Part shown: in pieces, positions 34,705-46,186 of the stretch
Layout of the letters: every line of letters begins with the position of its first letter
Position numbering within the stretch: position 1 is the first letter of the stretch
Assembly: GCA_963833425.1 (NCBI GenBank)
Contig: CAWHXP010000013.1
Coordinates: forward strand, 178,695-242,694
Reading direction: 5' to 3'
Source: an uncultured Methanosarcinaceae archaeon
Lineage (GTDB): Archaea; Halobacteriota; Methanosarcinia; Methanosarcinales; Methanosarcinaceae
Length of the DNA stretch: 64,000 nucleotides
Made by a program: the position numbers and the translations under genes
Notes under the pieces: model-generated
What the model saw: the letters and a program-made list of their open reading frames with translations, nothing else
Database searches by the model: none
What the model was told of the DNA's origin: nothing

Positions 34705-35310
34705 TTAATAGAGGAAATTTATTTTCTCTACCTTTTTCCAGCAAAAAAACCCGTAATCAGAAGTACAAACCCCAGCCCCAGGAGGAAAAGAGGCATAGTC
34801 AAAGCCTTCAACTTGGGTTTCTAAGCCACGTGATTCGAAAGGTTTATTGTCCGAAGAATTGGGTAGAGACCCCTCAAGTGTTTGTGGGATCGGGAGCCTA
34901 GGATCAAGTTGTTGATACACAGGTGAGAACTTGACCAAGACACCGTCTGCACCTGCATATACAGTGCTTACAGTTAGATTAAGAATTTCTATAGAGTCAC
35001 TTGAATATATAAAGTGAGAGCCTTCAGTGACAATGTCATTCTTAAGCGGGGTCCCTTCCCTACGAAGCTCAATCCATACCTTTTTCCCTTCAGTATCCGT
35101 ACCTTTCACATAAAGCTGATAACCTTGCAAAAAAGTATGATAGCTTCCAGATCTCACATAAATTTTATCTCCATTGATCAGAACAATGGAGAGCTTCTTC
35201 CCATAACCGGTAGCTAAGGCAGGTGACATGGAATAAAAGATAACTGAAGAGAATATAGATATAATAAGGAAAAAGGAAAATAAAAGGAGAATATTTGTTC
35301 TCTCATCCAC
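34705..35310 (-). CDS. S-layer-domain-containing protein with a frameshifted C-terminal anchor
   Basis: N-terminal TM/signal; QGYQLYVKGTDTEGKKVWIELRREG resembles the Methanosarcinales S-layer domain; GTG start at 35310 just after birA. Confidence 0.7.
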   Translation of the reverse strand: MDERTNILLLFSFFLIISIFSSVIFYSMSPALATGYGKKLSIVLINGDKIYVRSGSYHTFLQGYQLYVKGTDTEGKKVWIELRREGTPLKNDIVTEGSHFIYSSDSIEILNLTVSTVYAGADGVLVKFSPVYQQLDPRLPIPQTLEGSLPNSSDNKPFESRGLETQVEGFDYASFPPGAGVCTSDYGFFCWKKVEKINFLY

Positions 35311-35323
35311 TTTCCTTTCGGGT

Positions 35324-36301
35324 TTACTTGGGGCGAGCATAAATGCATCTGCCTGCAATAATTTCTTCCCTGGTATCGTCTGCTTTTCTTATGACAAGAG
35401 CTCCATCAGGAGTTACTCCCACAGCTTTACCCTCTAGAATTCTTGAAGGTGTTACGACCTTAACGTCTCTTCCAATGGTGTCTGAAAGAGCAAGCCAGTC
35501 ATTAAGGATATGTGAAAAAGGTCTGGTCTTGAAATATATGTATTGCTGTTCAAGCTCGAAGAGAAGGTCTTGAAGGAACGAAATTCTTTTTATGTGTTTC
35601 CCGAGCTCAACTTTCAGAGTTGTCGAGCCCGAGCGGAAAGACTCGGGAATATCTTTTAAGTCCATATTCACATTAATTCCTATGCCCAAAACTATATAGT
35701 CCACTCTATCCATCTCAGCATTTGCCTCGGTAAGGATTCCACACACCTTTTTCCCATTGATGCGGACATCATTTGGCCATTTGATGCGTGCGTCAAGGCC
35801 TATATCACGAATAGCATTTGCGACTGCAAGCCCGGCGACTAGAGTCAGTCTTGAAGCATGCCTGATAGGAATTCCTGGTTTGAGGATCACGGACATCCAT
35901 ATACCGCCGTGAGGGGAGATCCATTCTCTGCCCATGCGGCCTCTGCCTCCCTTCTGTATTTCAGAGATTACAAGCGTGCCTTCATCCTCGGAAGCCACTA
36001 TTTCCTTTGCAATGCTATTTGTAGAATTCACCTCCTCGAAATAATGAATCTTCTGCCCTAGAAGAGTTGTTTTGAGTCCCATCTGAATTTCTTCCGGGTA
36101 CAAGAATTGAGGTATGGATTTCAGGACATAACCTTTTTTTGGGGATGATCCTATCTCATAACCATCAGTCTTTAGGGCCTTGATATATTTCCAGACCATT
36201 GTCCTGGAGATCCCTAGCTTGAGCCCCAGTTCTTCTCCAGAAACAGGGCTTTTCTGTGCATCTTTAAGTTCCTTGATAATTTGAGATCTTTTATCTCCCA
36301 T
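35324..36301 (-). CDS. birA: Bifunctional biotin-protein ligase / HTH repressor
   Basis: HTH VSGEELGLKLGISRTMVWK, GRGRMGREW, KWPND and KVCGIL. Confidence 0.95.
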   Translation of the reverse strand: MGDKRSQIIKELKDAQKSPVSGEELGLKLGISRTMVWKYIKALKTDGYEIGSSPKKGYVLKSIPQFLYPEEIQMGLKTTLLGQKIHYFEEVNSTNSIAKEIVASEDEGTLVISEIQKGGRGRMGREWISPHGGIWMSVILKPGIPIRHASRLTLVAGLAVANAIRDIGLDARIKWPNDVRINGKKVCGILTEANAEMDRVDYIVLGIGINVNMDLKDIPESFRSGSTTLKVELGKHIKRISFLQDLLFELEQQYIYFKTRPFSHILNDWLALSDTIGRDVKVVTPSRILEGKAVGVTPDGALVIRKADDTREEIIAGRCIYARPK

Positions 36302-36432
36302 CAATGCACCCCATATAAATCTCTATACGTTCCACAGTATTTATTTCTTTAGTTTATTCTCTCATGGCAAGATGATAAAACATATGTTGCTAAGCAAAAA
36401 ATCTGGTTCATATTTCTCGAAGAGAGTACTTG

Positions 36433-37914
36433 TTAACGCTGCATTTTCTGGGCCATGCTGACATAAGCATGTACTGCAGCTGTAATAGCTGCAACCTTTT
36501 TGTCTTTTGCTTCAATCGCCGAAGCTAGAGTATCACCCTTTTCAGCTTCTGATTTGACAATCTCTTCAACAGATTCCAGAATGTTATGATCTTCAATAAA
36601 AGCAGTTGTAATTTTGCCACTTCGAAAATCTGGGTTGCGCATGACAGCTTTATGGAATGGAATATTAGTCTTTACTCCCACAACCACATATTCGTACAGA
36701 GCTCTTTCCATCCTGGCAATCGCTAAATCTCTTGTCCTTTCCCAGACACATAGCTTAGAGATCATTGAATCGTAATAAGGAGAAATTGTATAACCTGTAT
36801 GTACTCCACTATCAACTCTGACACCTGGGCCACCTGCAGATCGGTATCCTCGAATCTTTCCAGGAGAAGGGGCGAAGTCATTTAATGGATCTTCAGCGTT
36901 GATCCTACATTCAATAGCATGACCATTAATACAAATATCCTCCTGCATAAAATCAAGTTTTTCACCCCATGCAATCCTGAGCTGTTCCATTACAATATCA
37001 ATACCAGTAATCATTTCAGTAATCCCATGTTCAACCTGCAAACGGGTATTGACCTCAAGAAAATAAAAATCGCCCCTCGAATAAAGGAACTCTACTGTAC
37101 CTGCATTTACATAGCCAATTGCCTTCGCTACTTTTACTGCGGCTTCCCCCATCTGTGCCCTGAGTTCAGAAGTCATGATAGGAGAAGGAGCTTCTTCTAT
37201 AAGCTTTTGATGTCTTCTCTGGATGGAACATTCCCTATCAGAGAGGTAAATAGTATTTCCATATGAATCGGCCAGTATCTGAATCTCTATATGCCTGGGT
37301 TCCTCTAAATATTTTTCGATAAAAACCGAAGAGTCCCCAAAAGCCGAACCAGCCATCTGTTTTGTAGAACCGAACGTAGTCACCAATTCTTCCTTGCAAT
37401 GAGCTACTTTCATTCCAATTCCGCCACCTCCTGCAGATGCTTTAATTATAACCGGGTATCCGATGTTTTCAGCAAACACCTTAGCCTCGTCTACATGATC
37501 TACTGCATCTTTCGTCCCAGGTACAACAGGTACTCCTGCTGCCATCATAAGATTCCTGGCTTGTATCTTGTTTCCCATCTCAGCAATCACATGGCTAGGA
37601 GGACCTATGAAAATCAGTCCTTCCTCTTCACAACGTTTTGCAAAGGCAGGATTTTCTGAAAGGAAACCATAGCCTGGGTGTATTGCATCAGATCCCGTAT
37701 TTTTTGAAACTGCAAGAATAGCTTCCATATTCAGGTAGCTTTGACTAGAAGGAGCCGGACCTATCAAGTGAGCCTCATCTGCATATTTGGCAAAAAGTGC
37801 ATTTTTGTCAGCTTCAGAGTAGACAGCTACAGTGGAAATTCCAAGCTCCCGACAAGCGCGCATAACCCTAATCGCAATCTCACCGCGGTTCGCAACGAGT
37901 ACTTTTTTGAACAT
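36433..37914 (-). CDS. pycA: Pyruvate carboxylase subunit A (biotin carboxylase)
   Basis: [31 protein letters not shown] and [10 protein letters not shown]; adjacent to pycB. Confidence 0.93.
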   Translation of the reverse strand: MFKKVLVANRGEIAIRVMRACRELGISTVAVYSEADKNALFAKYADEAHLIGPAPSSQSYLNMEAILAVSKNTGSDAIHPGYGFLSENPAFAKRCEEEGLIFIGPPSHVIAEMGNKIQARNLMMAAGVPVVPGTKDAVDHVDEAKVFAENIGYPVIIKASAGGGGIGMKVAHCKEELVTTFGSTKQMAGSAFGDSSVFIEKYLEEPRHIEIQILADSYGNTIYLSDRECSIQRRHQKLIEEAPSPIMTSELRAQMGEAAVKVAKAIGYVNAGTVEFLYSRGDFYFLEVNTRLQVEHGITEMITGIDIVMEQLRIAWGEKLDFMQEDICINGHAIECRINAEDPLNDFAPSPGKIRGYRSAGGPGVRVDSGVHTGYTISPYYDSMISKLCVWERTRDLAIARMERALYEYVVVGVKTNIPFHKAVMRNPDFRSGKITTAFIEDHNILESVEEIVKSEAEKGDTLASAIEAKDKKVAAITAAVHAYVSMAQKMQR

Positions 37915-37931
37915 TGTGCCTCATACAGTTA

Positions 37932-39653
37932 TTATTGAATTGACAGTATAATATCATTAGGAGATACGGTGTCCCCTTCTGAAACAAATATTTCTTTAAC
38001 GATACCCGAGTGAGGGGCGTGAATAGAGTTCTCCATCTTCATAGCTTCGATGACAGCGATTGTATCGCCTTCTGCAACAACGTCTTCAACTTTGACCTTA
38101 ATAGAAAGAACCATACCCTGCATTGAGCTTTTTACAGCCCCTTCAACGGATTTAGCACTCGATTTTTTGGAAGACAATTCGGATATTGAAACTCCACTGC
38201 CAAGAGGCTCAATCTTTACCTCGTAGACGTCTTCGTCCACCTCAACCTTGAAATGGGTTGGGATTGTGTACTCATTCCGAATTGCAACCTCATGGGTAAC
38301 GACAGTGAGAGATTCTTCTTCGACTTCCCCTTTTAGGAATTTTGGAGCGATAGCTGGATAGAGAATGTAGGTAAGGATATCTTCTTCGGATTTTGCGATA
38401 CCCATGTCTTCTGCTTCTTTTTTTTTCCGATTATATTCTGGCTTTAGGAGATCTGCAGGACGGCAGTTTATGGGTTCTTCGTCTCCGATAATCTTGCCTA
38501 TGATCTCGGGTCTTAATGGAGCGGGAGATCTTCCATAAAGCCCGCGAACATAATCCTTGACTTCTTTTGGAATAACTTTATAACGTTCGCCCATGAGCAC
38601 ATTAAGCACCGCCTGGGTGCCCACTATTTGGCTCGTAGGAGTAACAAGAGGCGGATATCCAAGTTCCTCTCGAACTCTAGGCATTTCATCGAGAACAGCC
38701 TCATATTTGTCAAGAGCATTCTGCTCCTTTAATTGAGATACCAGATTTGAGAGCATCCCTCCAGGAATCTGATAGATAAGGACATTGGTATCAATCTGTT
38801 CGGAAATTGGATCAAGAATTCCCCTATATTTTTCTTTTAAATTTTTGAAATATGCAACAACTTCCTTGAAAAGCTCTAGATCCAGACCGGTATCATAAGG
38901 TGTACCTTTAAGGGCCGCTATTACAGTCTCAGTGGCAGGCTGAGAAGTCCCCCAGGCTAGTGGGGAAAGTGCTGTATCTAGGATATCCACTCCTGCGTAG
39001 CAGGCTGCCATATAGCTCATCGGGGCCATCCCAGAGGTGCAATGGCAGTGCAGAGAAATTGGGATGGAGATTTTTTTTTTCATTCCAATGATTATGTTAT
39101 TGGCTCCATCGGAAGAAAGCAAACCTGCCATATCTTTGATACAAAGGGAATCGCACTCAAGTTCTTCAAGTTGTGTTGCAAGTTCTACATACTTTTCAAC
39201 CGTGTGCACTGGACTTATAGTATAGCAAATCGTACCCTGTACATGAGCACCAAGTTTTTTTGCCACTTTAATAGAAAGTTCCATATTCCGGATATCGTTG
39301 ACAGCATCAAAAATCCGAAAAACATCAATTCCATTTTCATAAGATTTCGTAACGAATTTCTCGACTACGTCATCCGAATAGTGCCGATATCCAACAAGAT
39401 TTTGACCCCTAAGAAGCATCTGAGCATAGGTATTTTTCATCCTCTTCTTTATGTCCCTCAGGCGTTGCCAGGGATCTTCGTTTAGATAACGAATACAACT
39501 ATCAAAGGTAGCACCTCCCCACATTTCAAGGGAAAAATAGCCAATTTTGTCTAATTGTTCAACCACTTCGAGCATATCTCTTGTCCGCATTCTAGTTGCC
39601 AGGAGAGACTGGTGTGCATCCCGAAGGATTGTTTCAGTAATTTTGACACTCAT
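37932..39653 (-). CDS. pycB: Pyruvate carboxylase subunit B (carboxyltransferase + biotin carrier)
   Basis: LRDAHQSL, EMWGGATFD, LCIKDMAG and EAMKM biotinylation site; start MSVKIT at 39653 after GAGG. Confidence 0.93.
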   Translation of the reverse strand: MSVKITETILRDAHQSLLATRMRTRDMLEVVEQLDKIGYFSLEMWGGATFDSCIRYLNEDPWQRLRDIKKRMKNTYAQMLLRGQNLVGYRHYSDDVVEKFVTKSYENGIDVFRIFDAVNDIRNMELSIKVAKKLGAHVQGTICYTISPVHTVEKYVELATQLEELECDSLCIKDMAGLLSSDGANNIIIGMKKKISIPISLHCHCTSGMAPMSYMAACYAGVDILDTALSPLAWGTSQPATETVIAALKGTPYDTGLDLELFKEVVAYFKNLKEKYRGILDPISEQIDTNVLIYQIPGGMLSNLVSQLKEQNALDKYEAVLDEMPRVREELGYPPLVTPTSQIVGTQAVLNVLMGERYKVIPKEVKDYVRGLYGRSPAPLRPEIIGKIIGDEEPINCRPADLLKPEYNRKKKEAEDMGIAKSEEDILTYILYPAIAPKFLKGEVEEESLTVVTHEVAIRNEYTIPTHFKVEVDEDVYEVKIEPLGSGVSISELSSKKSSAKSVEGAVKSSMQGMVLSIKVKVEDVVAEGDTIAVIEAMKMENSIHAPHSGIVKEIFVSEGDTVSPNDIILSIQ

Positions 39654-39936
39654 GGATGAACCTCTTAAAATCGAATCAAAATAAATAGTTATACTTAATA
39701 GGTGTGTGGAGATTAACAAAAGTTTCTGGAATATATGGGGGTTGATATTTAGATTCTTTTGAGTGAAATTCATAAGTTTTCTGATCACTATTTTTGGCAC
39801 ATTTTCTGTTATTTTACCGCAATAAGGATTTCTATGGTCAGATATAAAAGGCACCAGAATCGAATCATGAGATATTCAATTTAACGATCAAAGGGCAATC
39901 TTCTACAGATATTGCGCTTTGATTTTAAAATATACA

Positions 39937-39973
39937 ATTGTTAACAAGTATATACTTTTCGCCTGTTAACATT
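39937..39973 (-). promoter_or_regulatory. Putative pyc operon promoter (BRE-TATA) flanked by two TGTTAACA boxes; candidate BirA operator
   Basis: TGTTAACA at 39939-39946 and 39964-39971 around minus-strand CGAAAAGTATATAC. Confidence 0.5.
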
Positions 39974-40100
39974 AAGTAAATATAATATAGTAAAAGTACC
40001 AAAACTATTAAGCCCCCAGATAAGAATCCCTTTTTTAAAGGGACAACAAGCCTTATTTGTTGATTAGAAATAGTCGTACTTCTCACACAATAAAATTACA

Positions 40101-40189
40101 GGGAATTTTGATAAACCTCTGATTTTCGAGAATCGGTTATATACCATTTATAAATACATGATAACATTTGTGGGCCTATCAAAATAATC
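40101..40189. mobile_element. MITE-like element copy 4
   Basis: GGGAATTTTGATAAACCTCTGATTTTCGAG ... CTATCAAAATAATC. Confidence 0.7.
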
Positions 40190-40399
40190 TGCATACAATA
40201 GAATTTTCTTGCCATTTAAAAATTACCATTTTATTCTGAAATAATTCTGCCTCAAAACTCATTTAACATGACAATAAGTGATGAATCGGTTGCCTCACGT
40301 ACACTTATGTCAAATCTACATCAGAAAGGCCAGAAAATTCTTCAACCGGTGAACAAAGAATAATAATGTGACATAAACTTCACCTTCAAATTCGCAAAA

Positions 40400-40555
40400 A
40401 ATTCCTACTCAATAACTAATGGACAGGATAACACTTTCCACTTCTACACATAAAAGTGCCTTAAATCACCTTATCATCTTCAATTTGGGTCCAACATTCT
40501 AAATTGTCCTGAATCGACAGAACATTCTGTAAGCAAAATTAGCTTCATCTTCATA
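40400..40555 (-). pseudogene. Possible decayed Trm112-like small Zn-binding gene
   Basis: Fragments MKMKLI.., IEDDKVI, GTFMC..GKCYPV loosely resemble archaeal Trm112; heavily disrupted. Confidence 0.25.
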
Positions 40556-40654
40556 AATAGCAGTACTAATAGATCTTCCTACTATTTAGGTAGCCTTTAT
40601 AAGTGACTGCACAATTTTACCTCGGAAAAAGATGGATGTAATGAATTTTTTTAT

Positions 40655-41975
40655 TGCTGATAAAATATGAAGAGATTCTGGCTCTTTGTGCTTCAACCCT
40701 AAATTTATTGCTTATTATCGTGAGTCTTGAATCTCAAATTAAAGAACTAACAGAAAGATCAATCTTATTTGAATCCTGCTTAATTCAAAGCAATCATAGC
40801 AGCAGAAGTCTCCGTCAAAAGAGTGCTTGACAAAAAGAAGCAAAAATTCAAGAGTAGACAAAAAAAGATGCTAAGAGATCTAGCAGTTAATAAGATTATC
40901 AAGGAACGACTTTTGACATGGTTAATTTTTATGATTGCCTAATATAACATTTTTTGAATTACTGTAGAGAATACGGACACTTTCTTGAGTATTTTGGTGT
41001 TGAATATTATGATTAAAGATAACATTTTTAGATTCAACCAATTAATCTTATTTTTACAGAATATCAAGGTCAGACGGAGAACTGGCTTCATTGTGGAAGA
41101 TTAAATGAAGCTGTTTTTCCTGAATAAGTAAAATATCCAGTAAAGTATGGTTCTGATATTTCAGCTTAGCAATCTGATATCTAAAACTACTAGTTCGTCT
41201 CCTATGAAAGGGGTTCTAAGTTTTTTAATGATACAATTGGATGAAAATATATTTTGCTACCATCATTAGAGAATAAAAAGATTATTTCTTGAATTCAGAT
41301 AAATTTGAAAATGTGATTAGTAAAGAGCAAATAACTACTCTGTCACCTATTGTGATGAAAAATAAATAAAATCAAGAAATAAGAAAATTGGCTTCATATA
41401 GCGTCCACCGACAAATACACATATCATCTTTCTTATCCAAAAGGAGGATTTTAATCAATGAGAGCTATGAGAATTCTTCCAACTTTTTAAGGAATAGCAG
41501 TAAAGAGATAATTTAAAGGGGTTGAAGAGCATCATAAACAACAATATGATAAAGAAATGAATGAGCTTTATGATAGAAATGGAAAAGTAAACTGCTGAAT
41601 TCAAGGAGCAAACCCAAGAGTTGGAAGAAAGATTTGATTCCGTAGTAATAGAAGAAATTTAAGTAAATCCGCATTTTTTTAAGCTCCCAAAGACAATTAA
41701 AAAGCTTTAAAAGCCCATAAACAAAAGCGAGTCAATCGATTTGAGAGGATTATATAATCAAAGAAAATATCATAAGGTTCCTTACCTGCCTGAGAGTTCC
41801 AAATGAAATAAATTGGGTAGAAAGGGGATCAAAATGATGAAATTATAGCAAAAAAATTCAAGAATTTTTGTAAACATACACTGAGTTGCAGTTTTCTGCA
41901 GAAATGATCTACATTCCTGCAATCAGAAAAAATTTTTGCAGTATCTAGACGGTATTCTAGCGATGCTTAGGGATC
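40655..41975 (+). mobile_element. Highly degenerate IS66-family transposase
   Basis: Fragments YEEILALC, LESQIKELTER, HCGRLNEAVFPE.VKYPVKYG and LHIASTDKYT; many stops. Confidence 0.75.
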
Positions 41976-42128
41976 TAAGTCAACATACCCCAATGGTTAC
42001 AAATTTGTTATTATTTTCGGTTTTTGAATTGATTGTAATTATAGTAAACTCAGGAAATATTCATACATATAAACAACGATAACCGTAGTTAACCCTTGGA
42101 ATATTGAGTCAATCATTAGTTGACTATA

Positions 42129-42221
42129 AAGGATTTCGATAAGCCACTGATTTTCACGAATTATTGATATATGTCCATAAAATATAGATATGACAAAATT
42201 TAGGAGTTTATCAAAATCTCC
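42129..42221. mobile_element. MITE-like element copy 5
   Basis: GGATTTCGATAAGCCACTGATTTTCACGA ... GGAGTTTATCAAAATCTC. Confidence 0.75.
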
Positions 42222-42565
42222 GATTGTTTGGGAGATATTCAAAAAAAAGTTATTTTGGAAAAAGTATTGCTTTGTGTTGTACAACCCTATATTAAATGTT
42301 CTTGTAGAGGCTCAGAAGAGTTTTTTTTTCAATGCCTCATATTGGACTGTTATTTAATCGAAGGTTTATTGTTAGGCCTATAATTGCGTATCAACAATAT
42401 GTGCAAAGTATACAAATAAATCCATGTGTTATGAATAGGGGAAGGTTTGAATCGTTCCCGATTGAAGTAAGGGATCTTCTTGAAACTCCACACTTCTATC
42501 TCATAAACTAGATAACTGATTTCAAAATAACAAAAAAATGGATCAGAAGATATGTTTTATTTGTT

Positions 42566-42949
42566 TCACTGTTGCTTTTTAAGCCTTCCTAAAAAACCGT
42601 TAAGTCCTGCTTTATGTCTGGCTTCATCCAAAGAAGCTCTTTCAAAAAAAAGAGCAGCTCTTATGTTGCCTTCTTCTCTAGCCATTTTTGCTGCTTCAGC
42701 TTTCTCAAATTCAGCTTTGCTTTCTCCTGCTAGCATCATTTCCAGATTATCAAGGGTTTTTTCTTTAACAAGTCCAAGAATTTCAGCTACTTCTGTAGCA
42801 TGCCAGGCCTCATCCATAGCTATCTGACGGAGGTATACTGCAATATCTGCAAGTCCTTCACTCTCAGCAACTTTTGACATCGCAAGATACCACCCGACCT
42901 CAGTGGTTTCTCCTCTAAAAGTATCTTTTAACATCTGTTCAAGATTCAT
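42566..42949 (-). CDS. Rubrerythrin/ferritin-like four-helix-bundle protein
   Basis: FRGE..E, DEAWH, GE..AE and DEARH di-iron ligand motifs; GGTGA ribosome-binding site. Confidence 0.88.
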   Translation of the reverse strand: MNLEQMLKDTFRGETTEVGWYLAMSKVAESEGLADIAVYLRQIAMDEAWHATEVAEILGLVKEKTLDNLEMMLAGESKAEFEKAEAAKMAREEGNIRAALFFERASLDEARHKAGLNGFLGRLKKQQ

Positions 42950-43119
42950 GAAATCACCATTTCTTCTTTAAAATAATCGTATCAATGACTTTAATCATAT
43001 ATTGGCCTTCAAAAGTAGATTCTCGCCTTATTTCAGGTACAATAGAATTAGTCCTACAGCTTTACTTTTCTATCTGATCCAATAAACTTAAACCTAATAT
43101 TTTGGGAAAATTAATAAAA

Positions 43120-43312
43120 GTTCTGGATGCAAATCAAGATTACGGTTGTACACTCCACTGCAAGCAACTTGTACGCTCCCGCCACAGATTTGGATATCTA
43201 CAAATTATTCAAAGTAAAATATTTTAATTTGCTTATATACCTTTTTCCTCTCTGATCTCCCTGATTTTCAACATATTTTTTAATTACTTTGGAGGGTGTA
43301 CCATCACCCAAC
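43120..43312 (-). mobile_element. tnpA: 3' end of an IS200-type tnpA remnant
   Basis: GDGTPSKVIKKYVENQGDQ..YKQIKIFYFE, homologous to the tnpA end at about 20410-20510. Confidence 0.7.
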
Positions 43313-43680
43313 AGTTCATTTTTCCCGAATGAAGAATGAATTTTTATCAGTAAAATAGTGATCTATATAATTAAAAGATGGTATAATCTTATGAAATTTT
43401 TATTTATGATATTTTGATCCTGAATCGCTGATCGCAGTTTCTGAGGATTATTAGAAAAGCTTGAGCATGAAATAAAAGAAGAACTTCTTGACAGCTATAA
43501 TTTGTTTCACCAAGAAAAATTATCACAGCAACGAAGCTACTCAATTCAGAAGATACAAACATTACACCACGTATATATATTTAGTAAGTAGGGTGACTTT
43601 TCATGTCACAATCAGCGATTTCATTACCTAAATAATGGAATATATCACCTGATTTATATAACTTAATTAGAAACTGACAA
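43311..43680 (+). repeat. Left copy of a long inverted repeat (probable IS end fragment)
   Basis: Begins ACAGTTCATTTTTCCCGAATGAAGAA; reverse complement of about 47710-48109. Confidence 0.85.
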
Positions 43681-44366
43681 GATTGAAAAATACTGAATCT
43701 ATAAACAGAACAATATAAACTAAATTGAAATATTAATAAATTTACGAAAAATGGGATACAAACTTTAGGCAGTATAAAAATAGAGAATGTTCTAGGCATT
43801 TATCTAAATCCTCCAGAATTTCAGCAACTATTTTAGCCTACCGAAAATCAGTTAACTGATATCTATTTTGATCCATTATTCATCTTTGATTACTAATTTA
43901 TGAAAAAAATGAAAAAAACATAATCAATAGCCGACAGTTATATAATATGAGTCAATCGAATTTGCTGACTGAATCCTACTGAAAATGGATATTGATATTT
44001 TTTTTTATTGACTGAATGATAGAGTATCTAAAGGAAAAAATATATAGGCTTTTCAAGAAGAATAAAAGGATATATATTTAGATGAGGTTTTATTAAATTT
44101 ATTTTTAACTCTTCAAGAGTTTAAGAGAATTAAACAAAAAAAGAGGAAATAAAGTTTTAGAGAGGAACACCATGCAAAGGAAAGAGGAGTACTCAACGTA
44201 AATAGACATCTGCAGCGCTGTTAAATTATAAAATTTATCCGAATATTAACTAATTAAAAAGAGAACACAAAATTTAATTATCTGAGACATTACCTTAGCT
44301 ATAAAATGTACAAATTTGATAAAATTAACTTTAAGATAGTTTTATTCTTAAAATGGGGATCTCAAA

Positions 44367-45440
44367 ATGAATCTATCTATAATCTTAGGCACAAGACCAG
44401 AAATTATTAAAATGTCTCCACTGATAAGAGAATGTGAAAGAAGAAACATTGATTATTTTATTCTGCATACTGGCCAACATTATTCCTTTGAGATGGATAA
44501 GACTTTCTTCGATGATCTTGAATTGCCGAAACCGGCTTATAATCTAGAGATAGGCTCTGGAAGTCATGCAGAGCAAACAGGTAAAATTATGGTAGGTATA
44601 GAAAAAATCATTCTTGATGAAAAGCCAGATGTAGTATTAGTTCAGGGTGATACAAATACTGTACTTGCTGGTTCTCTAGCTGCTTCCAAAGTGAACATAA
44701 AAATTGGACATGTGGAAGCGGGCCTAAGAAGTTATGACAGAAGCATGCCAGAAGAAATAAATCGAATTGTTGCGGACCATGTTTCGACTATCCTCTTTGC
44801 TCCCACAGAGCTCTCAAAGCAAAATTTGCTGAAAGAGGGAATTGGAGAAAGCAAAATATTTGTAACTGGTAATACAATTGTTGACGCTGTTTTTCAAAAT
44901 TTAGAAATTTCTAACAATAGAGGAAATGTTTTAAATGATTTGAAATTGAAATCAAAAGAATACTTTCTTCTCACATCTCATAGAGCTGAAAACGTCGATA
45001 ATCGGGAACAGATGAGTAAAATATTAAAAGGTATTTCCATGATTCAAGAAGAATTCTCTATCCCTGTTGTATTTCCTGTACATCCGCGGACAGAGAAAAG
45101 GATTCGAGAGTTTGGTTTTTCATTAGAAGGCATCAAGTCTATAAGGCCAGTGAGTTTTCTGGAGTTCCTTCAGCTTGAAGCTAATGCCAGACTTGTATTT
45201 ACTGATTCTGGTGGTGTTCAGGAGGAAACCTGCATTCTTGGAACACCCTGCATAACATTGAGAGATAATACCGAAAGACCTGAAACACTGGAAGTAGGCT
45301 CGAACATACTATCAGGGGTTGAATCGGATCACATCATGAGATCAGCTGTCAAAATGATAAATGAAAAAAAGAGCTGGATCAATCCCTTTGGGGATGGAAA
45401 AGCTGCAGAGAAAATTATTGATACACTGATAATCGAATAA
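44367..45440 (+). CDS. wecB: UDP-N-acetylglucosamine 2-epimerase (non-hydrolysing)
   Basis: GTRPEIIK, HTGQH, VQGDT, HVEAGLRS, PEEINR, DSGGVQEE and ERPE. Confidence 0.95.
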   Translation: MNLSIILGTRPEIIKMSPLIRECERRNIDYFILHTGQHYSFEMDKTFFDDLELPKPAYNLEIGSGSHAEQTGKIMVGIEKIILDEKPDVVLVQGDTNTVLAGSLAASKVNIKIGHVEAGLRSYDRSMPEEINRIVADHVSTILFAPTELSKQNLLKEGIGESKIFVTGNTIVDAVFQNLEISNNRGNVLNDLKLKSKEYFLLTSHRAENVDNREQMSKILKGISMIQEEFSIPVVFPVHPRTEKRIREFGFSLEGIKSIRPVSFLEFLQLEANARLVFTDSGGVQEETCILGTPCITLRDNTERPETLEVGSNILSGVESDHIMRSAVKMINEKKSWINPFGDGKAAEKIIDTLIIE

Positions 45441-45842
45441 AGAGCCTTGTTTGAGGGCTTAGAGTCATATAGTATGGTTCCCTAATATGCCATCGAGTGC
45501 CCTTCAGCAGAAGCATCAACAATTATCTACAAGATTCAATGAAACTTGGAGAATTTAATCGTTGGAACAATAGCTATTCAAGTTCTCTTTACAATTTAGG
45601 CTATTTTTGGTACGTGAGTTATACTGATATAATAATATATATCACTATATATTTCAAAATTTTGGCGAATAAATTAAGAAAAAAAACTAAAGTTCACTGA
45701 TGTTTTCTATCTAAATCCGAGTTATAAACTCTATACACTTTCCACATATGTATACAAAAATTTTATATATTTTTCTCAATATAACAGTAGCTTAAAAAAT
45801 AATTTAACTTTTAATGAATCCGACATTTTCGGATGTAAACAA

Positions 45843-45932
45843 GAGGATTTCAATAAACCTTGTATTTTCGAGGGTCATCCAGATACTCGTTATAATCATA
45901 AAGATAAAATATAAGAATTTATCTAAATTTTC
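45843..45932. mobile_element. MITE-like element copy 6
   Basis: GAGGATTTCAATAAACCTTGTATTTTCGAG ... ATTTATCTAAATTTTC. Confidence 0.65.
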
Positions 45933-45949
45933 ACAAGTACAGAATGTCG

Positions 45950-46180
45950 ATTATGTGGAATACTGAGAAAAAGATGTAGACAGCGACGGCATATATAAAT
46001 GAATAACAAGAGAGTTCAACAAAAAATATTATATACGAATAGATAAACTGTTTCAATGATCGAACAAATATTTTTGAAATAATCTTCACAAAGACGAATT
46101 AATTACCGAGTCAACCCTGAAAATAGCTATAAAAGGAATGGGAATCAACAGCATTTATGATGTACTGAAAATTTGATAAT
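45950..46180 (+). mobile_element. Possible IS1-family (InsA-like) remnant
   Basis: Fragments FNDRTNIF, LHKDE and KGMGINSIYDVLKI resemble the InsA region. Confidence 0.3.
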
Positions 46181-46186
46181 TTACAA

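Noticed and set aside
39654..39854. 67-aa N-terminal extension of PycB in the ORF track
   Set aside because: Chance open frame; ribosome-binding site and conserved start are at 39653
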